DNA of 64,000 nucleotides, from positions 184,151-248,150 of the forward strand of contig PBBW01000005.1 of the NCBI GenBank assembly GCA_002716745.1, written 5' to 3'. Below, in pieces: positions 47,479 through 56,655 of the stretch. The notes beneath the pieces are model-generated. The model was not told where the DNA came from. It was given only the letters and a program-made list of their open reading frames with translations, and ran no database searches. The position numbers were made by a program, and so were the translations under genes. Every line of letters starts with the position of its first letter. Positions within the stretch are counted from its first letter, which is position 1. This stretch comes from Gammaproteobacteria bacterium (GTDB taxonomy: Bacteria; Pseudomonadota; Gammaproteobacteria; Magnimaribacterales; TMED112).

Positions 47479-47866
47479 AAACCTTCAGAGCAGTTATGAC
47501 ATACAGTTGCTTTTGATAGACCCCTCACTTTTCTTTTATAGATATTTTGATATTGAAGTTTCAAACGTTGAGATTTCAGTAATTCTAGGGTTATTTTTTC
47601 TATTTATTATCCAGTTGAAAATTAAGCATAATAATCAAAAGTTTTCTAAGAGCCAAAAACAAGAAATACCGTCTTCTTTGAAGCTTGATGAAAAGAACGA
47701 AATTAGTTCAGATCCAGTCACTCAAAAAATTGATTTAGCAATTGCTTATATGAATATGGGAAGCATAAGAAAATCAAAACTACTTTTAGGAAAACTAAAG
47801 AAATTAAAACTTACAAAAAAACAAATAAAACGAATAGACTTTATTCTGACAGATTTGAATAAATGA
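47459..47866 (+). CDS. Miniature FimV-like protein (one transmembrane segment plus FimV C-terminal motif)
   Basis: 'IDLAIAYMNMGSIRKSKLLLGKL...LTKKQIKRIDFILTDL' resembles the FimV C-terminal domain. The position directly upstream of truA matches fimV-truA synteny in Pseudomonas-like genomes. Confidence 0.45.
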   Translation: MLKESLKNLQSSYDIQLLLIDPSLFFYRYFDIEVSNVEISVILGLFFLFIIQLKIKHNNQKFSKSQKQEIPSSLKLDEKNEISSDPVTQKIDLAIAYMNMGSIRKSKLLLGKLKKLKLTKKQIKRIDFILTDLNK

Positions 47867-48648
47867 TAAGGTATTTTGTTCAGCTGGAATACAAAGGAAC
47901 AAATTATTCTGGATTTCAGAAACAAAAGAATACAAGAAATACTGTGCAAGCTAAGCTAAATAAAGCATTAAGTGCTGTTGCTAATCACAGAGTTCTTACT
48001 GTTTGTGCAGGCAGAACTGATTCGGGAGTGCACGCTACAAATCAAATTGTACATTTTGATACAAACTCTAAAAGAACATTAAAGTCTTGGATAAATGGGA
48101 CAAATAGATATTTACCAGATGATATTTCAATTAAAGGTGTATATAAAGTCGAAAATAAACTTCATGCAAGGTTTGATGCAACATCAAGGACATATAAATA
48201 TCTTATAAGAAGGAGTGAACAAAAAATTGGACTTTTATCGGATAGCTGCTTATGGATAAGAAAAGAATTAAATATTAACTTAATGAACAAAGCATGCATT
48301 CATCTTCTAGGGGAGAAAGACTTTACTTCATTTAGAGCTTCGGGTTGTCAAGCAGAATCAGCAGTGAGGTCTATCTATGAAGCTTATTTAAAGCAAAAAG
48401 GACCGTTTATTATATTCCATATTAGAGCAAATGCATTCCTACTAAATATGATAAGAATAATAGTTGGAACATTGATACAAGTAGGGACAAAAGAAATATC
48501 AGTACCACAGTTCAAGAGAATTATTCAATCAAAGAAAAGATCATTGGCTGGCAAAACAGTCGAACCAAAAGGATTATATTTCTATGGACCGGAGTATAAT
48601 ACTTTTCAATACGAAATAAATGAGTGTTTTATAGATGAATTGGATTAA
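47863..48648 (+). CDS. truA: tRNA pseudouridine(38-40) synthase
   Basis: 'YKGTNYSGFQ.Q', the catalytic 'AGRTDSGVHA' and 'FLLNMIR'. Confidence 0.9.
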   Translation: MIRYFVQLEYKGTNYSGFQKQKNTRNTVQAKLNKALSAVANHRVLTVCAGRTDSGVHATNQIVHFDTNSKRTLKSWINGTNRYLPDDISIKGVYKVENKLHARFDATSRTYKYLIRRSEQKIGLLSDSCLWIRKELNINLMNKACIHLLGEKDFTSFRASGCQAESAVRSIYEAYLKQKGPFIIFHIRANAFLLNMIRIIVGTLIQVGTKEISVPQFKRIIQSKKRSLAGKTVEPKGLYFYGPEYNTFQYEINECFIDELD

Positions 48649-49495
48649 AGATATAATTCCAAACATAAAAAGGAATTTAAGCCAAACCTTTGGTGATGAT
48701 AAGCAAAGTAAAGTTCCTGAGGGTCTCTGGAAATCTTGTGATGTGTGCGGATCAATTTTATACATACCTGAACTTAAGAAAAGTTCTTATGTATGCTCAA
48801 AATGTGGTAACCACTTCAAAATTGATGTGAACGAACGAGTGGAAGTTACTTTTGATGAGGGCACGTATAAATCTCTAAATTTAAAAGAAGATTTTAATGA
48901 TAGGTTAGATTTTTCTGATACTAAAAAATATAAAGATCGTTTTTTAGCAGCTACAAAAAAATCAGGCTCAGATGAGGCAATTTCAATTGGAATTGGAAAA
49001 ATTAAAGGAAAGGAGGTCATATGTGCAATTTTTGAATTTGATTTTCTTGGAGGGTCAATGGGAGCAGTTGTAGGCAAAAGATTTGTTGATGCGGTAAACC
49101 ATGCAATAAAAAAAGATCTTCCATTAGTTTGTTTTTCGACAAGCGGGGGTGCAAGGATGCAAGAATCAATGATTTCACTTTTTCAAATGGGAAAAACATC
49201 AGCCGCCGTTAAAAAGCTTAAAAAAGCAAAAAAACCGTTTATTTCAGTGCTAGTTGATCCTTGCTATGGAGGTGTAACTGCTAGCTTAGCAATGCTAGGG
49301 GATTTGGTAATAGCAGAACCAAAAGCTAGAATAGGATTTTCTGGCAAAAGGGTAATTCAAGACACAGTAAAAGAGGACCTACCCGAAAATTTTCAAACAG
49401 CAGAAAAACAACTAGAAAAAGGATTTCTTGATAAGATTGTAGACCGAAGAAATCTTAGAGATTTTTTAGAAAAAATACTTACCATAATGGACTAG
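48635..49495 (+). CDS. accD: Acetyl-CoA carboxylase carboxyltransferase beta subunit
   Basis: Zn ribbon 'CDVCGS...CSKCGNH', 'FLGGSMG' and 'SGGARMQE'. Confidence 0.9.
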   Translation: MNWIKDIIPNIKRNLSQTFGDDKQSKVPEGLWKSCDVCGSILYIPELKKSSYVCSKCGNHFKIDVNERVEVTFDEGTYKSLNLKEDFNDRLDFSDTKKYKDRFLAATKKSGSDEAISIGIGKIKGKEVICAIFEFDFLGGSMGAVVGKRFVDAVNHAIKKDLPLVCFSTSGGARMQESMISLFQMGKTSAAVKKLKKAKKPFISVLVDPCYGGVTASLAMLGDLVIAEPKARIGFSGKRVIQDTVKEDLPENFQTAEKQLEKGFLDKIVDRRNLRDFLEKILTIMD

Positions 49496-49497
49496 AT

Positions 49498-49956
49498 TTG
49501 AGAGAAATTTTTAAAAATATACTTGGCATATTAATTCTAGCGACTTTGGCGTACGTAGTATTTGTGAGCTTCAACGTCTACCAATTTACAAAAACTGATG
49601 AATCAAAAATAACCTCAGAGGGATATTCGCAGCAAATTAATCTTCTCAAAGAAGGGCTAGAAAATGCTGAAAATAATTTTTCTAAAACCAGTATTGAAGA
49701 TTCGTCTAAAAATGTAGGCATTAATTTTGATGGAACACCAATTGTCTGGGTTATAGAGTTAGAGCAGTCTCAGGTTGAAATCTCTCTTGAAAATATTGAA
49801 AATGAATTGTTCGATCAAGGTTTCATGACTTTTCTAAATCAAGATCGGCTGATCATTGGACCTTACATAGATAAATCAAGCCTTGAGCTTGTGAATGCTT
49901 TCTTAAACGACAATTATAATCTTTTAGAACAGGATATAATCGAATGGAAGAACTAA
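49498..49956 (+). CDS. Membrane-anchored hypothetical protein in the DedD position (TTG start)
   Basis: N-terminal transmembrane segment. Sits between accD and cvpA, where enterobacteria carry the SPOR protein DedD. I could not confirm a SPOR domain by eye. Confidence 0.3.
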   Translation: MREIFKNILGILILATLAYVVFVSFNVYQFTKTDESKITSEGYSQQINLLKEGLENAENNFSKTSIEDSSKNVGINFDGTPIVWVIELEQSQVEISLENIENELFDQGFMTFLNQDRLIIGPYIDKSSLELVNAFLNDNYNLLEQDIIEWKN

Positions 49957-50408
49957 CTTTTAGTATTCTTGATATTCTTCTCGGTACTGGACTGTTATTA
50001 ATACTTGTAAGAGTTTTTAAAAACGGAATTTTGAAAGAGCTTGTTTTTACCTCTTTTTTACTATTTTTTATGTATATTACTTTGAACAATATTGAAGAAG
50101 TCTATGAGTATTTTTTAGAACTTGGATTTAATTTTGGTAAAGAATTATCAAATATAGTTGTGTTATTAATAGCTCTTGCTGGTTTACCACTTCTTAATTT
50201 TGCAAGCGGTCTCTATGTTCCAAAGTTTGAAGGAAAAATCAATATTTTAGGAGGCATATTAGTTGCACTTGTAAGGTATTTGCTCTTACTTTTCTTTATC
50301 ACAGAAATATTCCCTACTTTAATAGAAAACTCTTTAGTGTATGATTCACTTATAGTAAATATAATGCTTAGTTATTTTAGCGATATATTTATATACCTTT
50401 TATATTAG
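49944..50408 (+). CDS. cvpA: CvpA family (colicin V production) membrane protein
   Basis: Four-transmembrane small protein directly upstream of purF. The N-terminus 'ILDILLGTGLLLILVRVFKNGILKE' is CvpA-like. Confidence 0.65.
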   Translation: MEELTFSILDILLGTGLLLILVRVFKNGILKELVFTSFLLFFMYITLNNIEEVYEYFLELGFNFGKELSNIVVLLIALAGLPLLNFASGLYVPKFEGKINILGGILVALVRYLLLLFFITEIFPTLIENSLVYDSLIVNIMLSYFSDIFIYLLY

Positions 50409-50415
50409 ATTTTAA

Positions 50416-51864
50416 ATGTGTGGAATTGTTGGAATAGTACAAAAAGAAGAGTGTTTTACAGAACTTTATGATTCTTTAATAATGTTACAGCATCGGGGCC
50501 AAGATGCTGCTGGCATGACTATCTGTGAAAATGGAAAATTAAACTCTAGAAAAGCAAAAGGCTTAGTAAAAGAAGTTTTTAATCAGCAACACTTTGAGAG
50601 ACTTAAAGGAACTTACGGTATTGGGCATGTAAGGTATCCAACAGCAGGGGGAAACTCAAAAGAATATGCTCAGCCGATGTATGTAAATTCTCCGTATGGA
50701 ATATCTTTGGCTCATAATGGAAATCTCTCAAATACGGTCGATTTAGCTGAAGAATTATTCCATAGTGACTTAAGGCATATTTCAACAGACTCCGATTCAG
50801 AGGTTTTGCTCAATATCTTGGCACACGAAATATCAAAAAGAGGAGAAAACAACCCAAGTCCTGAAACTTATTTTGATGCGGTTGAGAGCACTTTCAACAG
50901 GTGTGAAGGAAGCATCAATGTTGTTTCAATTATTACTGACTATGGTTTGTTGGCATTTAGAGATAAATTTGGAATTAGGCCTCTTTCAATTGGTTCAAGA
51001 AAAAATAGTGATGGGAATTTTGACTACATGGTTGCATCTGAAAGTTGTGCTTTTGCCTCGTCAGGGTACGAGCATGAACGAGATATTAATCCTGGAGAAG
51101 CAGTTTTCATTACTTTTAAAGGGGAGGTTTATTCTAGAATTTGTGTGAAGAATCCATCATTAAGTCCGTGTCTATTTGAGTATGTATACTTCGCAAGACC
51201 AGACTCAATAATTGATGGGGTTAGCGTCTACCAGTCAAGGCAGCTGATGGGAGAAAAGCTAGCAAAAAAAATTCAAAAAGAGATTCCAGATGATGATATA
51301 GATGTAGTTATACCTATTCCAGAGAGCTCAATTACAAGCGGCACAAAAGTTGCCAGATTGCTAAATAAAGACTTAGCTTATGGTTTTGTAAAAAATAGGT
51401 ATGTAGGAAGAACCTTTATTATGCCAGAGCAGAAACTTAGAAAGGAATCGGTAAGAAGAAAATTAAATCCAATAGTTGATGAATTTAAGGACAAGAAGGT
51501 TTTGTTGGTTGATGATTCAATTGTGAGAGGAACAACCATGAAAGAGATTGTGACAATGTGTTACAAAGCTGGTGCAAAAAAAGTGTCGGTAGCCTCTGCA
51601 GCCGCTGAAGTTAAGTATCCAAATGTTTATGGAATTGATATGGCTGCTCGAAAAGATCTGATCGCAAGCACAAGATCAAACGACGAGATAAAAGATTTTC
51701 TTGGTTGTGATAACCTTGTTTATCAGTCGCTTGATGATATGGTTCAGTCAGTTCTTGAACTAAATCCAGAACTAAAAGGAGTTGAGAAATCAATTTTTGA
51801 TGGAGCTTATCCCACAAATATTTCAGATAAATATTTAGAGGATCTCGAGCTCAAAAGAGGGTAA
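50416..51864 (+). CDS. purF: Amidophosphoribosyltransferase
   Basis: 'MCGIVGIV', 'LQHRGQDAAG', 'HVRYPTAG' and the PRTase motif 'VLLVDDSIVRGTT'. Confidence 0.95.
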   Translation: MCGIVGIVQKEECFTELYDSLIMLQHRGQDAAGMTICENGKLNSRKAKGLVKEVFNQQHFERLKGTYGIGHVRYPTAGGNSKEYAQPMYVNSPYGISLAHNGNLSNTVDLAEELFHSDLRHISTDSDSEVLLNILAHEISKRGENNPSPETYFDAVESTFNRCEGSINVVSIITDYGLLAFRDKFGIRPLSIGSRKNSDGNFDYMVASESCAFASSGYEHERDINPGEAVFITFKGEVYSRICVKNPSLSPCLFEYVYFARPDSIIDGVSVYQSRQLMGEKLAKKIQKEIPDDDIDVVIPIPESSITSGTKVARLLNKDLAYGFVKNRYVGRTFIMPEQKLRKESVRRKLNPIVDEFKDKKVLLVDDSIVRGTTMKEIVTMCYKAGAKKVSVASAAAEVKYPNVYGIDMAARKDLIASTRSNDEIKDFLGCDNLVYQSLDDMVQSVLELNPELKGVEKSIFDGAYPTNISDKYLEDLELKRG

Positions 51865-51865
51865 A

Positions 51866-54445
51866 TTAATTCTTAATTTCCTCTATATCAAGATGTGAAA
51901 TATCCATCTCTCTTACTTTTTTAAGATATTCATCAATTTCATTAAAATTCATGTATCTAAAGACATCCTCTGACATCGTGTTTAAATCCTCCATATATTC
52001 TTTATATTCTTCAATATTTGGGATTTTTCCAAGTAGCGACGATATAGCTGTTACTTCTGAAGACGCTAAATAAACATTACAACCATCACCCATTCTATTT
52101 GGGAAATTCCTTGTAGATGTTGAAACCATCGTAGTATTGTCTGCAGCTCTAGCTTGATTCCCCATACACAGTGAGCAACCAGGAATTTCTACTCTAGCCT
52201 TTGAGTTTTCAAAAATCTCATAGTAACCCTCTTGTTTAAGCTGGTATTCATCCATTCTTGTTGGCGGAACAACCCAAAGTCTTGTATTGGACTTACCATA
52301 TTTTTTTAGTAATTTTCCAGCTGCTCGAAAATGCCCGATATTTGTCATACATGATCCTATGAATGTTTCATCAACTTTATCTCCAGCAACTTCGGATAAA
52401 GTTTTTACATCGTCAGGATCATTTGGACAGCATAAAAAAGGTTCTGTAATTTCACTTAGTTTAATATCAATAATCGCAGCGTATTCTGCGTCTTTATCTG
52501 CCTCCATTAGTTCAGGGTTTTTTACCCATTCCTCCATCAATCTTGCTCTTCTCTCTAGTGTTTTTGGGTCATGATAACCATCAGATATCATCCATCTGAG
52601 CAAAGTTATATTTGATTTTAGATACTCAATAATTGGCTCTTTGTTAAGCTTTACTGTGCAACCTGAAGCAGATCTCTCAGCTGAGGCATCAGACAGCTCA
52701 AAAGCTTGTTCAATCTTTAAATCTGGTAAACCTTCAATTTCAAGACACCTTCCAGAAAAGATATTTTTCTTATTTTTTTTATCTAAAGTAAGAAGCCCAT
52801 CCTGCATTGCATAATATGGAATTGCATGAACTAAGTCCCTAATAGTTATTCCAGGATTCAATTTCCCTGAAAATCTTACTAAAACACTCTCAGGCATTTC
52901 TAATGGCATAACTCCTAATGTTGCTGCGAAAGCAACCATACCTGACCCTGCTGGAAAACTAATTCCTATTGGAAATCTTGTATGACTGTCTCCGCCTGTA
53001 CCAACTGTATCAGGAAGCAACATTCTATTAAGCCAAGAATGAATTATGCCATCGCCTGGTCTCAGTGACACGCCACCCCGATTAATAAAAAAATCAGGTA
53101 AAGTCCTATGAGTAACTTCATCAACTGGTTTTGGGTAAGCAGCTGTGTGACAGAAAGACTGCATAACTAAGTCCGAAGAGAATCCTAGACAAGCTAGTTC
53201 TTTTAATTCATCTCTGGTCATTGGTCCCGTAGTATCTTGTGAACCAACTGTGGTCATTCTTGGTTCACAATACTGCCCAGCTTTAACACCCTTCATACCA
53301 CAAGCTTTTCCAACCATTTTTTGAGCTAATGTATAGCCTTTATTTTGATTTTTATTATTGCCATATCTTTGGAAAGCCTCAGAGGGTTCTAGTCCAATTT
53401 TTTCTCTAGTTTTATCTGTTAACTGTCTCCCAATAATTAAGTTTATTCTCCCTCCTGCTCTCACCTCATCAAATATTACATTACTATTTAATTCAAATTT
53501 GCATATTTGTTTACCATCACTAGCATTCAATATTTTTCCCTCATAAGGTCTGAGTATTATTTTCTGACCATGGTCTAGGACATCAACATCAAGTTCAACC
53601 GGAAAAGCACCAGAATCTTGTAGAGTGTTGTAAAAAATAGGTGCAATTTTATTTCCAAAACAGAAACCTCCTGTCTTTTTTGCAGGTATATATGGAATTT
53701 TCTCCCCCATATGCCATAGCATTGAGTTGACTGCTGATTTTCTCGATGAGCCAGTGCCAACTACATCACCAACAAAAGCCAAATTAGAGCCATCACTTTT
53801 TAAAGACTCTAATTTTTCCAGTGGTTTTTGAATATTTTCTGACCACTTTAAAAAAGATTGAGCATGCAAAGGTATATCTGGCCTTGACCATGCTTCTTTT
53901 GCTGGAGAAAAATCATCAGTATTTGTCTCTCCACTAACTTTAAATATAGTTAATGGAATATTCTCTTCTACCGCAGGTTTATTTAAGAACCACTCAGCAT
54001 TTGCCCATGAATTGATAATGTCGTTAGCAGACTTGTTGCTATTTCTCAGGTCAAAAATATCATTGAAAGAATCATAAACAAGAATCGTATTCTTTAGTGC
54101 TTCAGCAACACTAGGTCCATATTTATTCTCTTTAAGAACCTCTACAAGCGCCTCAACTGAATATCCACCAAGCATTGTACCAAGAAAATAAATAGCTTTT
54201 TCAGCGGGAATTAAGTCAATTTTTATGTTCTCTAGGGCTATATCTTTCAAAAATGCTGCTTTAACATATGCAGCCTCATCAACCCCAGGAGGAATTTCAT
54301 TTATTAATAATTCTAGGGAATCTTGATCAGCGCTTCCATTCTCAAAAATTTTTATTAATTCTTGTGCCTGTTTTACATTTAAAGGTAATGCTGGAAGCCC
54401 TTGAGCCTCTCTTTCCTCTCTATGTTTTTTATAATCTGTTAACAT
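51866..54445 (-). CDS. acnB: Aconitate hydratase B / 2-methylisocitrate dehydratase
   Basis: 859 aa. The N-terminus 'YKKHREEREAQGLPALPL' is AcnB-type. Fe-S ligand regions 'TGGDSHTRFPIG' and 'IGSCMTNIGHFRA', plus 'CSLCMGNQAR'. Confidence 0.95.
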   Translation of the reverse strand: MLTDYKKHREEREAQGLPALPLNVKQAQELIKIFENGSADQDSLELLINEIPPGVDEAAYVKAAFLKDIALENIKIDLIPAEKAIYFLGTMLGGYSVEALVEVLKENKYGPSVAEALKNTILVYDSFNDIFDLRNSNKSANDIINSWANAEWFLNKPAVEENIPLTIFKVSGETNTDDFSPAKEAWSRPDIPLHAQSFLKWSENIQKPLEKLESLKSDGSNLAFVGDVVGTGSSRKSAVNSMLWHMGEKIPYIPAKKTGGFCFGNKIAPIFYNTLQDSGAFPVELDVDVLDHGQKIILRPYEGKILNASDGKQICKFELNSNVIFDEVRAGGRINLIIGRQLTDKTREKIGLEPSEAFQRYGNNKNQNKGYTLAQKMVGKACGMKGVKAGQYCEPRMTTVGSQDTTGPMTRDELKELACLGFSSDLVMQSFCHTAAYPKPVDEVTHRTLPDFFINRGGVSLRPGDGIIHSWLNRMLLPDTVGTGGDSHTRFPIGISFPAGSGMVAFAATLGVMPLEMPESVLVRFSGKLNPGITIRDLVHAIPYYAMQDGLLTLDKKNKKNIFSGRCLEIEGLPDLKIEQAFELSDASAERSASGCTVKLNKEPIIEYLKSNITLLRWMISDGYHDPKTLERRARLMEEWVKNPELMEADKDAEYAAIIDIKLSEITEPFLCCPNDPDDVKTLSEVAGDKVDETFIGSCMTNIGHFRAAGKLLKKYGKSNTRLWVVPPTRMDEYQLKQEGYYEIFENSKARVEIPGCSLCMGNQARAADNTTMVSTSTRNFPNRMGDGCNVYLASSEVTAISSLLGKIPNIEEYKEYMEDLNTMSEDVFRYMNFNEIDEYLKKVREMDISHLDIEEIKN

Positions 54446-54498
54446 ATTGCCCTAAAAGTTGAACATAATTCTACAACTAAGTTATCTTAATAGGAACA

Positions 54499-54957
54499 AT
54501 GAGTAATAATTTTCTTATCAAAACGCCATGTATTGGTATCTGTTCGACTACCTATGGTGATGAAATTTGTAGAGGATGTAAGAGGTTTTCTCATGAGGTT
54601 ACTTCATGGATCAAATATTCTGACGAAGAAAAAGACAATGTTAATAGAAGATTGCAATCATTTAAAAAACTTATTCTCTCTGAAAAGTTCTTAATCTCTG
54701 ACAAGAACCTCTTAAAAAAATCTCTCGATGAAGCTAAAATCATGTATAACGAAAAGCTTGAACCAATTTGTTGGCTTTTTGATCTTCTTAGAGCTGTATC
54801 TCAAGACTCTCTTGACCTTAGCTCCTTCGGCATTAAGGTAAAAGAATCTTATTCTGAAAATACTCTATCAGATCTTAAGGATCTTATTAATAAAGAATTT
54901 TTTGAACTTTCTTCAGCTCATTATCAACGATATATAAAAAACTTGAACATCATTTAG
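54499..54957 (+). CDS. DUF1289 domain protein with extended C-terminus
   Basis: 'PCIGICSTTYGDEICRGCKRFSHEVTSW' matches the DUF1289 Cys pattern. Confidence 0.55.
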   Translation: MSNNFLIKTPCIGICSTTYGDEICRGCKRFSHEVTSWIKYSDEEKDNVNRRLQSFKKLILSEKFLISDKNLLKKSLDEAKIMYNEKLEPICWLFDLLRAVSQDSLDLSSFGIKVKESYSENTLSDLKDLINKEFFELSSAHYQRYIKNLNII

Positions 54958-56212
54958 TCAAAGGAATTTCTTCTATTTTTGTGGTATATCTTTTGGACTT
55001 AATATGCCTCTTCATTTTCCATGTATTTCTATAACCTTGATTGCCAAAAAAAAGATATGAAATTTCTCTAATATTTATGTAGTCGACTGTTCTCATTAAG
55101 TTTTCTGACTCTTTGCTATCGAATGATTTGCCAAAAAGAGTCATTTGGTATCCAAGCTTTTCAGTGAAATTACTTAAAAGTATTCCCGCTTTTGAATACT
55201 CAAAACCTTCTCTATAGATTTTTTGTAAAATATTGTTAGCAGTTTTTATAATTATTCTTGAATCACTAGTTGCGTGCGCTATTTCCATGAAGTTTGAAGA
55301 GTAAATCTGGTTAATCTTTTTGTTAAACGGGTTGGAGCGTATGAATACTGTTATCAACCTACATTTTTGTCCTTCAAACCTAAGTTTCTCTGCAGCCCTT
55401 CCAGCGTGGAAGCTAACTGCTTCACGCAATACCTCTCTGGATTTTATAGACTTTCCAAAACTTCTACTAACCATAATTTGTTTTTTAGGCTCTGATAAAT
55501 TATTTGTTTCAATACATGGTTGGCCTCTTAACTCTCTTATTGTTCTTTCAAGTAAAACATTAAAATTTGAACCCATTAACCTTGGTTCAGCTTTACTTAA
55601 TTGGAGAGCATTTCTTATGCCTATGCTATTTAATTTATCTGTCATCTTCTTACCAATACCCCATATTTTTTCTATCTGTACTGATTCTAAGAAGTGACAA
55701 ATCATTTTTTTATCTTCAAGAATAACGGCACCATCGAACCTGGCATCTTCTTTTGCAACCCTATTGGCAAGTTTTGCCAAAGTTCTAGTTGGAGCTATTC
55801 CTATACTGACAGGGATCCCAACCCAATCTCTAATTCTATTTTTACAATCAAATGCAAATTGAACTAAATCAATATTATTCTTATATGAGTGCAGATTTAA
55901 GAAGGCTTCATCTATGCTGTATATGTCAATTTCTGGACATAGCTCTGTCAGTATATTCATTACTCTATTTGATATATCTGCGTAAAGTTCATAATTTGAA
56001 GAAAAAACAATTCCTCCATTATCTAAATAATTTTTCTTCACTTGATACCAAGGTTGCCCCATAGAAAGACCCATTTTTTTTGCTTCCGGTGATCTTGCTA
56101 TAACACAGCCATCATTATTGCTTAATACTATGACAGGATGATTTTTAAGATCTGGTCTAAACATCTTCTCACATGAAGCATAGAAACTATTGCAGTCAAC
56201 CAGTGCATACAT
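54950..56212 (-). CDS. umuC: DNA polymerase V catalytic subunit (Y-family)
   Basis: 'MYALVDCNSFYASCEKMFRPDL...PVIVLSNNDGCVIARS', 'FSSNYELYADISNRVM', 'YSIDEAF', 'VLERTIRELRG' and the C-terminal 'WKMKR...S.RYTT'. Collinear with E. coli UmuC. Confidence 0.9.
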   Translation of the reverse strand: MYALVDCNSFYASCEKMFRPDLKNHPVIVLSNNDGCVIARSPEAKKMGLSMGQPWYQVKKNYLDNGGIVFSSNYELYADISNRVMNILTELCPEIDIYSIDEAFLNLHSYKNNIDLVQFAFDCKNRIRDWVGIPVSIGIAPTRTLAKLANRVAKEDARFDGAVILEDKKMICHFLESVQIEKIWGIGKKMTDKLNSIGIRNALQLSKAEPRLMGSNFNVLLERTIRELRGQPCIETNNLSEPKKQIMVSRSFGKSIKSREVLREAVSFHAGRAAEKLRFEGQKCRLITVFIRSNPFNKKINQIYSSNFMEIAHATSDSRIIIKTANNILQKIYREGFEYSKAGILLSNFTEKLGYQMTLFGKSFDSKESENLMRTVDYINIREISYLFFGNQGYRNTWKMKRHIKSKRYTTKIEEIPLTK

Positions 56213-56613
56213 CAGTAAATATTGATAGAAGAAGTGACAGTTCCCAGGACCTCAAAATCTGTTATTTTATCTATATCTAGAAGCTTATTCTTATTGCAGT
56301 CCGTACTTAAAGTTTTTCTTTCACCCATAAGAATTTTTCTACATATAAATTCTCCATCAATTGAAGCAACTATAATGCTATTATTTTTTGGCTTTACGCT
56401 CCGATCTATTACTAGTATGGCATTGTCACTTATGCCAGAATAAACCATTTCATTACCTTTAAAGCGCATCAAAAAGGTAGAGCTAGATCTCTTAATTAGA
56501 AGGTCATTTATGTTGATTGGATTCTCAATATAATCATTTGCAGGACTAGGGAAGCCTGAATGTTTTTGATTTTTATAGAGAAAGGTATCCTTAATCTCAC
56601 TTTTAAGATCCAT
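56212..56613 (-). CDS. umuD: UmuD-like S24 family protein with a non-canonical active site
   Basis: 'SGFPSPANDYIE' and 'DGEFICRKI' align gap-free with E. coli UmuD. The GDSM nucleophile motif reads 'GNEM'. Its stop shares one base with the umuC ATG. Confidence 0.8.
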   Translation of the reverse strand: MDLKSEIKDTFLYKNQKHSGFPSPANDYIENPININDLLIKRSSSTFLMRFKGNEMVYSGISDNAILVIDRSVKPKNNSIIVASIDGEFICRKILMGERKTLSTDCNKNKLLDIDKITDFEVLGTVTSSINIY

Positions 56614-56620
56614 AATAAAA

Positions 56621-56640
56621 TACTGTATATATATACAGTA
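56621..56640. promoter_or_regulatory. LexA (SOS) box upstream of umuDC
   Basis: TACTGTATATATATACAGTA is identical to the idealised E. coli-type consensus TACTG(TA)5CAGTA. It lies 7 nt upstream of the umuD ATG. Confidence 0.9.
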
Positions 56641-56655
56641 GTTTATATCAAATGC

